From positions 17,947 to 81,946 of the forward strand of contig QBVH01000001.1 of assembly GCA_003284445.1 (NCBI GenBank): a stretch of DNA of 64,000 bases. Direction: 5' to 3'. Source of the stretch: Prochlorococcus sp. AG-311-D23 (lineage in GTDB: Bacteria; Cyanobacteriota; Cyanobacteriia; PCC-6307; Cyanobiaceae). The translations under genes were made by a program, and so were the position numbers. Shown in pieces: positions 52,030 through 64,000 of the stretch (position 1 is the first letter of the stretch; each line of letters starts with the position of its first letter). The notes beneath the pieces are model-generated. The model had not been told where the DNA came from. It ran no database searches and worked only from the letters and a program-made list of their open reading frames with translations.

Positions 52030-52243
52030 TTCTATTGCGGAGATGCTAGAGGTATTTAATTATATTTTAAATCTTGTTATTCATCATCTATAATCCAAAA
52101 GTTGACCGAAAGTTGACCGAAAAAAGAAAATTTTAGTTTAGAATAGAAACTTTCCTACAAAAGATTACAAATCCATTTCGGGCAACCCTCGGTCTTCCCT
52201 GTTCAAAACACAGATGAAATCCTTTGGTGTGAGGCAAATGTCG

Positions 52244-52303
52244 CTAGTCTTGAAAACTAGCATGGGGGCAACTCCATCGGGGGTTCGAATCCCCCACTCT
52301 CCG
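52244..52303 (+). repeat. 3' part of tRNA-Ser(TGA), right attachment site
   Basis: 60 bp identical to 51970-52029, starting exactly at the anticodon arm. Confidence 0.92.
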
Positions 52304-52571
52304 TGCTATATCGGGGAGTTTAAAGATATTTAATTATACACTTGCCCCTGCAATATGATAAATAAGTCCAAATATTAGATAGATTAATCAAAGAATCTTA
52401 AAAATGATTTATTTATTCGCCTAATAAGATAAGTAAAACAAATATTTTATACCTACAAGAATTTCAAAATTCTCATGATTCTTTTATTTTTTCGTTAAGG
52501 TAATCCGAAAATAGGTTTTAAAGATTTTTAAGGTACTGATTTGATATCAATCAAAGCAAGCAAGTAAATGT

Positions 52572-52808
52572 TTGGTATTTACTTGCTTGTTTTTCTTAAA
52601 AAGCTCAGGAACCCATACCTTACATAATCAAAACAAAATGAAAGAAGAGCGTTACTTAAAAGACAGAGAAGCAATTGTAAGAGCTGATATTTGGAAAGAG
52701 ATCACCTCTTCATGTAAAGGTCTTAGGACTGAGCTGGGGTATACAAATATACAAATAGTTGAATTTCTAAAAGAAATAACAAAAACATTTGAAAGAGACC
52801 AACTCTGA
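52572..52808 (+). CDS. Small hypothetical protein (likely start MKEERY at 52638)
   Basis: ORF track; helical protein-like C-terminal part. Confidence 0.55.
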   Translation: MVFTCLFFLKSSGTHTLHNQNKMKEERYLKDREAIVRADIWKEITSSCKGLRTELGYTNIQIVEFLKEITKTFERDQL

Positions 52809-52844
52809 TTACTGCAAGTCGAAATTAAAATTTTGTCTAAGCTT

Positions 52845-54941
52845 CTATTTTTCTATTGGGTTTAGAGCCTCATCAACTTTTTTTATTGCATTCGGAACAC
52901 TATTTAAAGCAGACTTTAATCGCCAGAAAGCACCTCTAAAAAGTGCACTTGTATCACCAAAACTTTTTAGTAAGTAATTTGGGTTTCTTTTATGAGCTCT
53001 ATCGGCTATAAATGATGCCTTCCATGGATTCCAAGATGCAAAGTTAACTATAGTTCTATAAGCACTTGGCCAGGGATTATTTGGTAACAACATTTCTAAA
53101 TCTCTTAAATAAATATCTGCTTCAGAAGGTCTGTTCGATAATATATTTAGAAGCGATAAGGACCATAAAGATTCAACATCTTCGGGGTCTGAACTTATTT
53201 TTGATAATGCCTTATTTCTAACAATACTTTTATATTGAAAATGCCCATCAAGCATATGTTCTATTTCTATTTCATCAAAAATTAATTTAATACCTAATGG
53301 ACCTTGATCCATACCGTTGGCTAGTTCAATAAATCTATTATGAAATTCATTTTGCTTAAGTGAACTTGAACTTCTCTTCCATAGAGTATAGCTTCCTTCT
53401 TTTTCTCTGGGAAATTCTCGAACTTTTATAAAAAGGGAACTATCTCTAATTGCTTTGTCCAGAGCTAATGAATTACTAGAAACTGAGCCTTGATCTCCCT
53501 CAGCCAAAACAATCCAATTAGAATATTTAAGAACAGGTTCTATATGCAAAAGAGATTGCCCAAGTTGTCTGCCTAAAATATTCCCACCTTGCATTCTTCC
53601 AAAATAGCTTACATTATGCTGATTAATATCAGGAGTGCTGGGCACAACAATTACTGTTTCTTTTTTATCGAAAGTCTGACTCGATCTGACTGTAGATATA
53701 ATGTCTTTAACAGGATAATATTTACTTGAAATATTTTGTGAGGTGTTAAATTTGTTAATAGAATTGGAAAATAAAAAACTTAAAAAAGGAATCAGTAATA
53801 AACCATAAGAGTTTAATTTAAAATAAGTATCTAGCCAATCACTCCACTTAGTAAATCCAAGGGCTAACAGTAAAATAATTAACGGGATTGTACATGCTAT
53901 ATATCTTTCATCCTTATTAGGAATGAAAGTTGTAAAAGTCCAGGATGTTATTAAATTAAAATAAATCCATGTCCATTTATAATTATTTTTATTAAAAATA
54001 TCAGCTAATCTTGCCTGATTTCTAAAAGATCTTATATAGGTTAAAAAGCCAAATAGTATTCCTGAAAAGCCAGAAAAGAAAATAATACTTCCAAATTGAT
54101 TATCTAAATAAGGGAAGTACCAGAAAATACTTTTGAAATCCAAAATTGAAGGATCACCTTCTATCGCGGCTGATTCAAAAACAGCTCTGTAGGTTCCACT
54201 TAATATCATTATCCAATTGTGATAAAACCAAGGTAAAATCAATAAAAAGCTGATAAGAACTAAGCATAAAAATTGTAATCTAAATTTCTTATCTCTTTTA
54301 AAAGAAAGAATAAAAATAAATAACAAAGAAGGTATTATAACTAATAAAGAGCTCTGCTTAATTAATAAAGAAAAAGAGCATGCAAAAGTAGCAATTAACA
54401 ATTGAATCCATTTACCTCCAATTGATTTATCACTCCACCTTCCTAGATGAAACAAATAAAATGTAATAGCGGAGATTAAAGGTAACTCCAATACATAATC
54501 AGTTCTTAGATGAAATAAGAAAGGAGAACATGCACTAATAAGAACACAAAAAAGCCCAAAGATTTTCCCTCTCAAATAAAGTCCCCATGAGGCAATATTA
54601 AATATCAAAAATCCATTCCAAAAACTTAAGGACCAGGCAGCTTGATGAGGAGCATCACCAGCAAAGGCAATTACGGCGCCATTGATTATTGAGGCCAAAG
54701 GAGGAATCTTTGGAGATTTATCTAGTAAAGAACTAAAGTCTGAAGCTCCATCTCCTCCCAAAAAAGAGAGCGCACGGGCATGATCAAGGGCACTATTGAG
54801 ATAATCAGCCTGATCCCATGACGGAGTATTGCTATATAAATCCCACCAAATCCGATCAGATATGGTGGAAAGAATCCATATAAATAAAATTGAAAACCAA
54901 AAAATATATTTAGAGTGATTAATATTTTTCTTAATAAGCAT
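52845..54941 (-). CDS. ArnT/PMT-like (GT-C) membrane glycosyltransferase
   Basis: WDQADY, KIPPL, about 11 TMs and NKDERY. Confidence 0.8.
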   Translation of the reverse strand: MLIKKNINHSKYIFWFSILFIWILSTISDRIWWDLYSNTPSWDQADYLNSALDHARALSFLGGDGASDFSSLLDKSPKIPPLASIINGAVIAFAGDAPHQAAWSLSFWNGFLIFNIASWGLYLRGKIFGLFCVLISACSPFLFHLRTDYVLELPLISAITFYLFHLGRWSDKSIGGKWIQLLIATFACSFSLLIKQSSLLVIIPSLLFIFILSFKRDKKFRLQFLCLVLISFLLILPWFYHNWIMILSGTYRAVFESAAIEGDPSILDFKSIFWYFPYLDNQFGSIIFFSGFSGILFGFLTYIRSFRNQARLADIFNKNNYKWTWIYFNLITSWTFTTFIPNKDERYIACTIPLIILLLALGFTKWSDWLDTYFKLNSYGLLLIPFLSFLFSNSINKFNTSQNISSKYYPVKDIISTVRSSQTFDKKETVIVVPSTPDINQHNVSYFGRMQGGNILGRQLGQSLLHIEPVLKYSNWIVLAEGDQGSVSSNSLALDKAIRDSSLFIKVREFPREKEGSYTLWKRSSSSLKQNEFHNRFIELANGMDQGPLGIKLIFDEIEIEHMLDGHFQYKSIVRNKALSKISSDPEDVESLWSLSLLNILSNRPSEADIYLRDLEMLLPNNPWPSAYRTIVNFASWNPWKASFIADRAHKRNPNYLLKSFGDTSALFRGAFWRLKSALNSVPNAIKKVDEALNPIEK

Positions 54942-54946
54942 GCTGG

Positions 54947-55420
54947 CTACTGACAGTCCAATGTTTCACTTGTTTTTTTATTCGTAACACTGTTTATCCC
55001 ATCTGCGATAAGACATAGTTTATTTTTAACATCCTTTGCGATTAATACATCAGTAAAATCGGCACCTTCAATAATAACGTTTTCAAATTTAGCATTATAA
55101 GCAAAGGCACCTTCTAATACGCTATTTGAAAGGTTTGCGCCATTAAGTATAGCTGCATCCATTGTTACATCTCTCATATTTGTATTACTTAAATTAGCGT
55201 TTTCAAGTTTTGCATCAAAAAAACTAGCTCCTTGAAGATCACTTCCTGAAAAATCAGAATCTTGTAGATCACTTAAATAGAAAGTCGCACCTTTCAAATC
55301 GATGTTGGAGAAGTCAGCACCTATCAAGGTTTGCTTTCCATAGTCCAAAGCTGAATAAGCGGGAAGAGGATAAAAGAAAAATAAAACGGAGCTTACAAAA
55401 AAAAGAAGACGTTTAAACAT
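54947..55420 (-). CDS. Pentapeptide repeat protein (signal peptide)
   Basis: A(D/N)(F/L)S repeats and a C-terminal Cys pair. Confidence 0.9.
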   Translation of the reverse strand: MFKRLLFFVSSVLFFFYPLPAYSALDYGKQTLIGADFSNIDLKGATFYLSDLQDSDFSGSDLQGASFFDAKLENANLSNTNMRDVTMDAAILNGANLSNSVLEGAFAYNAKFENVIIEGADFTDVLIAKDVKNKLCLIADGINSVTNKKTSETLDCQ

Positions 55421-55802
55421 AACTTTCTAATGGCTACTAATGTTTATATTTTAATTCAAAAAGGGTCTAAAAGTTAAATATTCGATTTAATATATATTAT
55501 AAATAAAATACTAATACTATAATTTCTCCTAAATCATAAAACAAACCAAAATGAATTATTTATTGATTTAAGTGCAAATTATTAAGGTCAAAATATCAAT
55601 CTCAATAACTACATAAAATGATTTAAGAATCATCTAATAAAAAAAATTCTATACTAATTTTTTATTAAAGAAAGTAAAAACGATATCAATTAATCAAATT
55701 TTCCAACGTTCTAATAACTAACCCTATGATTTAATATATATTTTACTTATCAAAAAATAATTCCCTAAATCCACCAAATTAAAAATATACAAGTTCCTAC
55801 AA

Positions 55803-57446
55803 ATGATTAACAAGCCGTACGAAGTCATAGTTGTTGGTTCAGGTGCAACCGGAGGGATGGCAGCCTTAACAATGGCTAAGGCTGGCGTCAGAGTACTATT
55901 AATTGAAAGAGGTCCTGAGCTAGAGATCAAGCAGGCAAACGGAACAGACCCTTGCAATATGGTTCGGAGACTTATTGGGGTAACAACTGGAAATTATCAA
56001 AATCAACCTCAACATCCAGGGTTCTGGAAGTCAAATCCCTTACTGTACGCAAACAAAAAAGCAAACCCATACACTCACCCACCAAAAGCCCCATTCATAT
56101 GGACGCAAGGCAATCAAGTTGGTGGAAGGAGCCTTACTTGGGGAGGGATAACATTGAGATTATCTGACGAAGATTTTGAGGCCTCAAAAGAAAAAGAATA
56201 CAATCTTGAATGGCCTATTAGTTACAAAGATCTTGAGTCACATTATTCAGAAATAGAGAGTTTTCTAAAAATATATGGTAATAAAGACGATCTCAATCAA
56301 CTACCTAATGGTGAATATATTGGCAAACTTCCATTCACAGAGAGTGAATCAAGATTCGCCTCCAATATAAAAGAAAAATTAAATCTTCCTTTTATACATT
56401 CCAGAGGTTTTGGAGAAAATAAAGATAAAACTAAATGGCCCAGATACAGCAGCTTAGGCAGCACATTAAAAGAAGCAGAAAGGCTAGGAAAAGTTGAAAT
56501 ACTTTCAAATCATATTGCAGATAAATTAGTATTGAACAAGGACAGAAAGTCTGCAAAAAGTGTTATTATCGTAAATCAAAAAAACGGAAAAAGAAGTGAA
56601 TTAGAAAGCAAATTAATAATACTATGTTCATCAACAATTCAAACAATTCGAATTCTATTAAGTTCTGAAGAAAGTAATAATTCAAATGGTCTAATCGACC
56701 CCTCTCATTCATTAGGAATGAACTTAATGGATCATATATCAACTTGTAGGTTTTTCACATTCCCAATCGATAAGAATTTTACTGATTATTCAGCTGAAAA
56801 TAATAATCATCTTTTAACAGGAGCTGGCAGCTTCTTTATCCCCATAGGTAGAGATCGCTCAACTAAAAAAAACTTTGTCGGTGGATATGGTATTTGGGGA
56901 GGAATAGATAGATTTGAACCACCAGAAATTTTAAAAAAATATAAAGAGACAAAGACCGGATTCCTTATTGGTCATGGGGAAGTACTCCCAAATAAGAAAA
57001 ACATTGTTTCACTGTCAAATAGCAAAGATTTATATGATATTTCTGTACCACACATTTCAATGGTTTGGCGTAAAAATGAGCAAAGAATGGTTTCAGAAAT
57101 GAACAAAATGATTGATCTTATTATCAATGCTGGAAATGGAAATATTATTCCAGTCAATGAGATCCTCAACATTCCATTTACCAAACAAATATTAAGTAAA
57201 TCAGTTGCTATTAAAAGCGATGCACCACCACCGGGTTACTACATACATGAGGTAGGAGGAGCACCAATGGGAAATGACAGGGAAAATAGTGTTTTAGACA
57301 AGTGGAATCGTTTGTGGGAATGCAACAATGTATTGGTTGTTGATGGAGCTTGCTGGCCTACTTCATCTTGGCAAAGCCCTACATTAACAATGATGGCAAT
57401 AACTAAAAGAGCTTGCGAAAAGGCAATTACAGACTTTAAAGGTTAA
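55803..57446 (+). CDS. GMC-family oxidoreductase
   Basis: VVGSGATGG, GGRSLTWGG, HEVGGAPMG and PTLTMMA. Confidence 0.9.
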   Translation: MINKPYEVIVVGSGATGGMAALTMAKAGVRVLLIERGPELEIKQANGTDPCNMVRRLIGVTTGNYQNQPQHPGFWKSNPLLYANKKANPYTHPPKAPFIWTQGNQVGGRSLTWGGITLRLSDEDFEASKEKEYNLEWPISYKDLESHYSEIESFLKIYGNKDDLNQLPNGEYIGKLPFTESESRFASNIKEKLNLPFIHSRGFGENKDKTKWPRYSSLGSTLKEAERLGKVEILSNHIADKLVLNKDRKSAKSVIIVNQKNGKRSELESKLIILCSSTIQTIRILLSSEESNNSNGLIDPSHSLGMNLMDHISTCRFFTFPIDKNFTDYSAENNNHLLTGAGSFFIPIGRDRSTKKNFVGGYGIWGGIDRFEPPEILKKYKETKTGFLIGHGEVLPNKKNIVSLSNSKDLYDISVPHISMVWRKNEQRMVSEMNKMIDLIINAGNGNIIPVNEILNIPFTKQILSKSVAIKSDAPPPGYYIHEVGGAPMGNDRENSVLDKWNRLWECNNVLVVDGACWPTSSWQSPTLTMMAITKRACEKAITDFKG

Positions 57447-57705
57447 AAATATCATTTAAGTATTTTTCAGTAACAGCCCTATCCTCAGAACCATTTTGAA
57501 AAAGAAAATTAGCTATAGCTGAGCTAATAAGCTTGGATTGGTCCCAATTCTTATTCCCAAATATAAAATCCTTCATACCTACATAAAGAGCTTCAGGCAC
57601 CTCAGCTTCAAGACTTATAGACATAAGGTCCAAGTCCTTTTCACAGCATCCAACCTCATCCGTTTTCATCTCATCAATACGAGTTTCAATTTGATTAAAC
57701 TCCAT
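57436..57705 (-). CDS. DUF2811 family protein
   Basis: E.EVPE.LY..M..FI....NWDQ......A.A.FL.QNG. Confidence 0.82.
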   Translation of the reverse strand: MEFNQIETRIDEMKTDEVGCCEKDLDLMSISLEAEVPEALYVGMKDFIFGNKNWDQSKLISSAIANFLFQNGSEDRAVTEKYLNDIFNL

Positions 57706-58083
57706 TTCTTTTCTTAAAAGCTCGAAATATATGAGTTAAGGATCTTAAATTTTCTATAAAACGTCAAAGGTAAAGAAAAGCTGAACAAAAAATCCGAGAC
57801 AGAGATAGACTCATCTCACATCAATGCTTCTCGAAGGGTTGTCTGAAATGAATTATTTTTATCTTCATAAAGTTTCTAAGTGTAAATTACTATTAAAATA
57901 TCCATTGAATCCCACAAGTTCATCATGAAAACTAGAGTTTTAGTCTTTTGTAGTGGAAAACTCTTCACTAGCTGTGGAAACCACTTGGGGAAAAGAGCTG
58001 AAACTAAACATTAAAAAAATGTATAAATGCCGAGTCCCCTGCGTCGCAAACAAGAAAGAGACAAATGATTCTCTATCTTAAAC

Positions 58084-59106
58084 CTAATTTTTTAAGATTT
58101 GGCTTTTATTTAAAGAGGGAAGCGTGACAGGTCCTAAAGGATGCTTTGCATGTGGATAAGGAAAATGTTCATGCGCGTGATTATGCTCTTTGTTTGCTGT
58201 GCGATTGTCTAGACAACCTTCAACATGATCATGATGACTGATCTGCTCATATCCAACCTCACTTTCAAAACCCAATAAATTAGAACGATATTTACATAAA
58301 GCACAGTTCATAAAATTCTCTCCATCAAAAACTTCTTGAATTCTTTCCATAAAAGTATCAATGACTAATTCTTGGTCTGATAAGTAACTTGCGTTTAGAA
58401 ACTTCACATCAGGATTATCATTTGCAACTCTCATAGAATGTTCTCTAACACGACTTACTAAAACTCCAGAAAAAAGAAAATAAGGCAAGAGAATTACTCT
58501 TTTAAAACCCAATTTGAGAGCATGTCTCAGGCCAGGATCAACGAGGGGAAATGTTACTCCTGAAAAAACAGTTTCTCCCCATCCAAAACCATATCCCTCA
58601 ACAAGCAGCCTTGTAATCTTACAAACATTTGAATTAGCATCTGGATCCGACGAACCCCTCCCTGCTACGACAAGTAATGTTTCAGAAAGCGGAAGTGTTG
58701 GATTATTGTCAATTGTTTCTTTGAGTCTTGCTCCTGCTGCTCCAATCATCAACGAATTCAAACCAAGCTCCCTGCCATATTGAATTAGAAGTCCATTATC
58801 AGCGGAGTATTTATTCAAAACCGCAGGGATATCATTTTTAGTATGACCCGCAGCAAATAACATAGCTGGTAAAGCAATCACTCTCTCAACGCCCAAATTT
58901 CTAAGCTGATCAAGGGCCTCACAAATTATTGGTCGATTAAATTCTAGGAAACCATATTCAACTGGGATATCAGGTATTCTAGATTTTATTTTGTTGACTA
59001 CATTTATAAACTCTTTTACTGCTTGAGGATCTCTACTGCCATGTCCGCATAACAGAATTCCAATATTAGTTGGATATTTATAGTTACTTGATGCAGAGGG
59101 AATCAA
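58084..59106 (-). CDS. cbiX: Sirohydrochlorin cobaltochelatase
   Basis: GHGSRD, LFAAGH.KNDIP, GRGSSDPDAN, MNC..C and a His-rich tail. Confidence 0.93.
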   Translation of the reverse strand: MIPSASSNYKYPTNIGILLCGHGSRDPQAVKEFINVVNKIKSRIPDIPVEYGFLEFNRPIICEALDQLRNLGVERVIALPAMLFAAGHTKNDIPAVLNKYSADNGLLIQYGRELGLNSLMIGAAGARLKETIDNNPTLPLSETLLVVAGRGSSDPDANSNVCKITRLLVEGYGFGWGETVFSGVTFPLVDPGLRHALKLGFKRVILLPYFLFSGVLVSRVREHSMRVANDNPDVKFLNASYLSDQELVIDTFMERIQEVFDGENFMNCALCKYRSNLLGFESEVGYEQISHHDHVEGCLDNRTANKEHNHAHEHFPYPHAKHPLGPVTLPSLNKSQILKN

Positions 59107-59190
59107 AATGTTTTAGCCAATAATCTACTTTAATTGAATATAGTTTTATAAAATACCTACTTAAGAAATTCATCATAGAAAAAGGAGCAG

Positions 59191-60477
<1,287 letters not shown>

Positions 60478-60523
60478 TCAAAATTTTTCAAACCAAAGCT
60501 AATACCTGATAAATCTAAAAAAG

Positions 60524-61417
60524 TTAAACACTCAGGCTTACACGTTGATAACAGAACCACAACCATTGTTGAAATAATAAGTTTCTATGTGATCGCCATG
60601 AAGTATTTGATTTGGTCAAATCAAAATTTTCTGGAGGAGGTACATCGCCTCTTTTTTTATCTCTTTCCATCTCAGATTTCAATCTGTCAACATTATATTC
60701 AGGATGTCCTAAATGCATTAATTGCCTCTGGTCAGGTGTTTCAAAAATTGTGTAGCCTACTTTTTCTCCATGCGCCAATAATCTTAGATTACCTTTTTGC
60801 TCTGCTTTTTCCATCTCAATATCAGGTAAACCAGCATGCCTACTTTGGGGACAGAAGAACTCATCGTCTTGTGTGCCCATTAAAGAATGGCCAGGGACAA
60901 GACTTCTCATTGGATATACACCAAAAAGCTTTTTATTAAATATTTTTTTATCAACGCCAGCCATATAAGCCATCGCAAACCCAGCCCAACACAACCCTAG
61001 AGTACTTGCACATTTTAATTTTGCTTCCTCAATTAGATTTGCTAATTCCTTCCAATAATGAACTTCTTCAAACGGCAGATGTTCAACAGGTGCTCCAGTA
61101 ATAATCAAGCCATCAAGAGGAGTTGGAGACATTGCCTCCTCCCAATGAACATATAAGTTTTTCAGATGTTCTAGATCCCAAGTTTTATATGAATGGGATT
61201 TTAATCTTATCCATATAGGTTCTATTTGTAGAGGAGAAAGTCCTAAAGGGTGCAATAAATTAAATTCATACTGTTTTCCCAAAGGCATAATATTTAATAT
61301 CCCAATCCTAAGAGGTCGAATATCCTGTCTTTCTGCTAATTCAGGCTCAATCCAAGAAATATGATTTTTTTCTATTGATGAAATTTTATGATAACTGCGA
61401 GGAAGTATTAAAGCCAT
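60524..61417 (-). CDS. metA: Homoserine O-acyltransferase (MetA family)
   Basis: QDIRPLRIGILN.MP, ITGAPVE, CWA, PQSRH and GHPEY. Confidence 0.93.
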   Translation of the reverse strand: MALILPRSYHKISSIEKNHISWIEPELAERQDIRPLRIGILNIMPLGKQYEFNLLHPLGLSPLQIEPIWIRLKSHSYKTWDLEHLKNLYVHWEEAMSPTPLDGLIITGAPVEHLPFEEVHYWKELANLIEEAKLKCASTLGLCWAGFAMAYMAGVDKKIFNKKLFGVYPMRSLVPGHSLMGTQDDEFFCPQSRHAGLPDIEMEKAEQKGNLRLLAHGEKVGYTIFETPDQRQLMHLGHPEYNVDRLKSEMERDKKRGDVPPPENFDLTKSNTSWRSHRNLLFQQWLWFCYQRVSLSV

Positions 61418-61439
61418 ATCGATATACCTCCTTGGAAAA

Positions 61440-63513
<2,074 letters not shown>

Positions 63514-63566
63514 AAGAAAAAATCAATGTCAATTTACTTTAGTGAGAAGTTGGTTTATGTGTAATC

Positions 63567-64000
63567 CTAAACAATTTTTTGTACATCTGAGACAAAAATT
63601 GGGTTTGAAGAAATCCCAATTCCATGAAGTGAATTTGACAAAGTAGGAATTTGACTAATGAAACTAGAAAGTAATCGATATTGAACCTCTGATCTGTATA
63701 GATTGTGAGTTTTATATTTTATTTTGAAGTACCGATTTGATTGTAAAAAATCATTCAAAAACCTAATAGTTAATTCAACAATTATTAAGTAAATAAATTC
63801 GGGAAGAAGCCCAAACCCGTAATCAGCTTTTTTATTAGATATTGAGAAATATCCTTTGAGAAAGTAATTACAACAATTAATATCAAAATATACATTCTCT
63901 ATATCATCTGGATTCTCGCCAGCAACATTACAAATCGAACGAATACAATCAGCCAAGTCAGTAAGTAAGTAACCAGAAGATACAGTGTCTAGATCAATTA
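63567..64000 (-). CDS. Aminoglycoside/choline phosphotransferase-family kinase, 3' part; runs off the window end
   Basis: IDLDTVSSGYLLTDLADCIRS and E..IRFL.DFL...YF. Confidence 0.78.
   Translation of the reverse strand, partial: IDLDTVSSGYLLTDLADCIRSICNVAGENPDDIENVYFDINCCNYFLKGYFSISNKKADYGFGLLPEFIYLIIVELTIRFLNDFLQSNRYFKIKYKTHNLYRSEVQYRLLSSFISQIPTLSNSLHGIGISSNPIFVSDVQKIV

Larger units (their letters stand above)
47577..52303. mobile_element. Integrase-less tRNA-Ser-targeted island / integrative element remnant
   Basis: Bounded by 5'-half and 3'-half tRNA-Ser copies sharing a 17-bp core. Arm-like repeats lie near both ends, the cargo is non-core, and no integrase ORF is present. Confidence 0.8.

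Overview
AT-rich cyanobacterial chromosome segment. Gene content and order point to Prochlorococcus, probably a NATL/LLI-like strain (inference). It has five parts. (i) Core block 1-7.7 kb: spt/agt fragment, glnA with an NtcA-type promoter, gun4, selU/mnmH, psb28. (ii) Hypervariable stretch of about 7.7-21.3 kb with many tiny ORFs, a nucleoside deoxyribosyltransferase pseudogene and a suspicious poly-A tract. (iii) Core block 21.4-47.4 kb: 6S RNA, purK, aroB, nadA, ctpA, ispG, phnDCE-like ABC transporter, rsmE, hslO, prfC, and class II RNR nrdJ with tandem NrdR boxes. (iv) A 4.7-kb integrase-less insertion at tRNA-Ser(TGA), 47577-52303. (v) Core block to the end: GT-C glycosyltransferase, GMC oxidoreductase, cbiX, FAD oxidase, metA, metY. 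The island is the main finding. A tRNA-Ser copy is split into a 5' half and a 3' half that share a 17-bp anticodon-arm core, with arm-like repeats just inside both ends. The insert carries a complete tRNA-Ser with diverged flanks, a Zn-ribbon/TM/TPR protein and an unknown, probably frameshifted gene. That gene has a sigma70-like promoter whose -10 is covered by an NrdR-box-like site, followed by a structured leader of about 170 nt. No CRISPR array, rRNA or intact integrase was seen.
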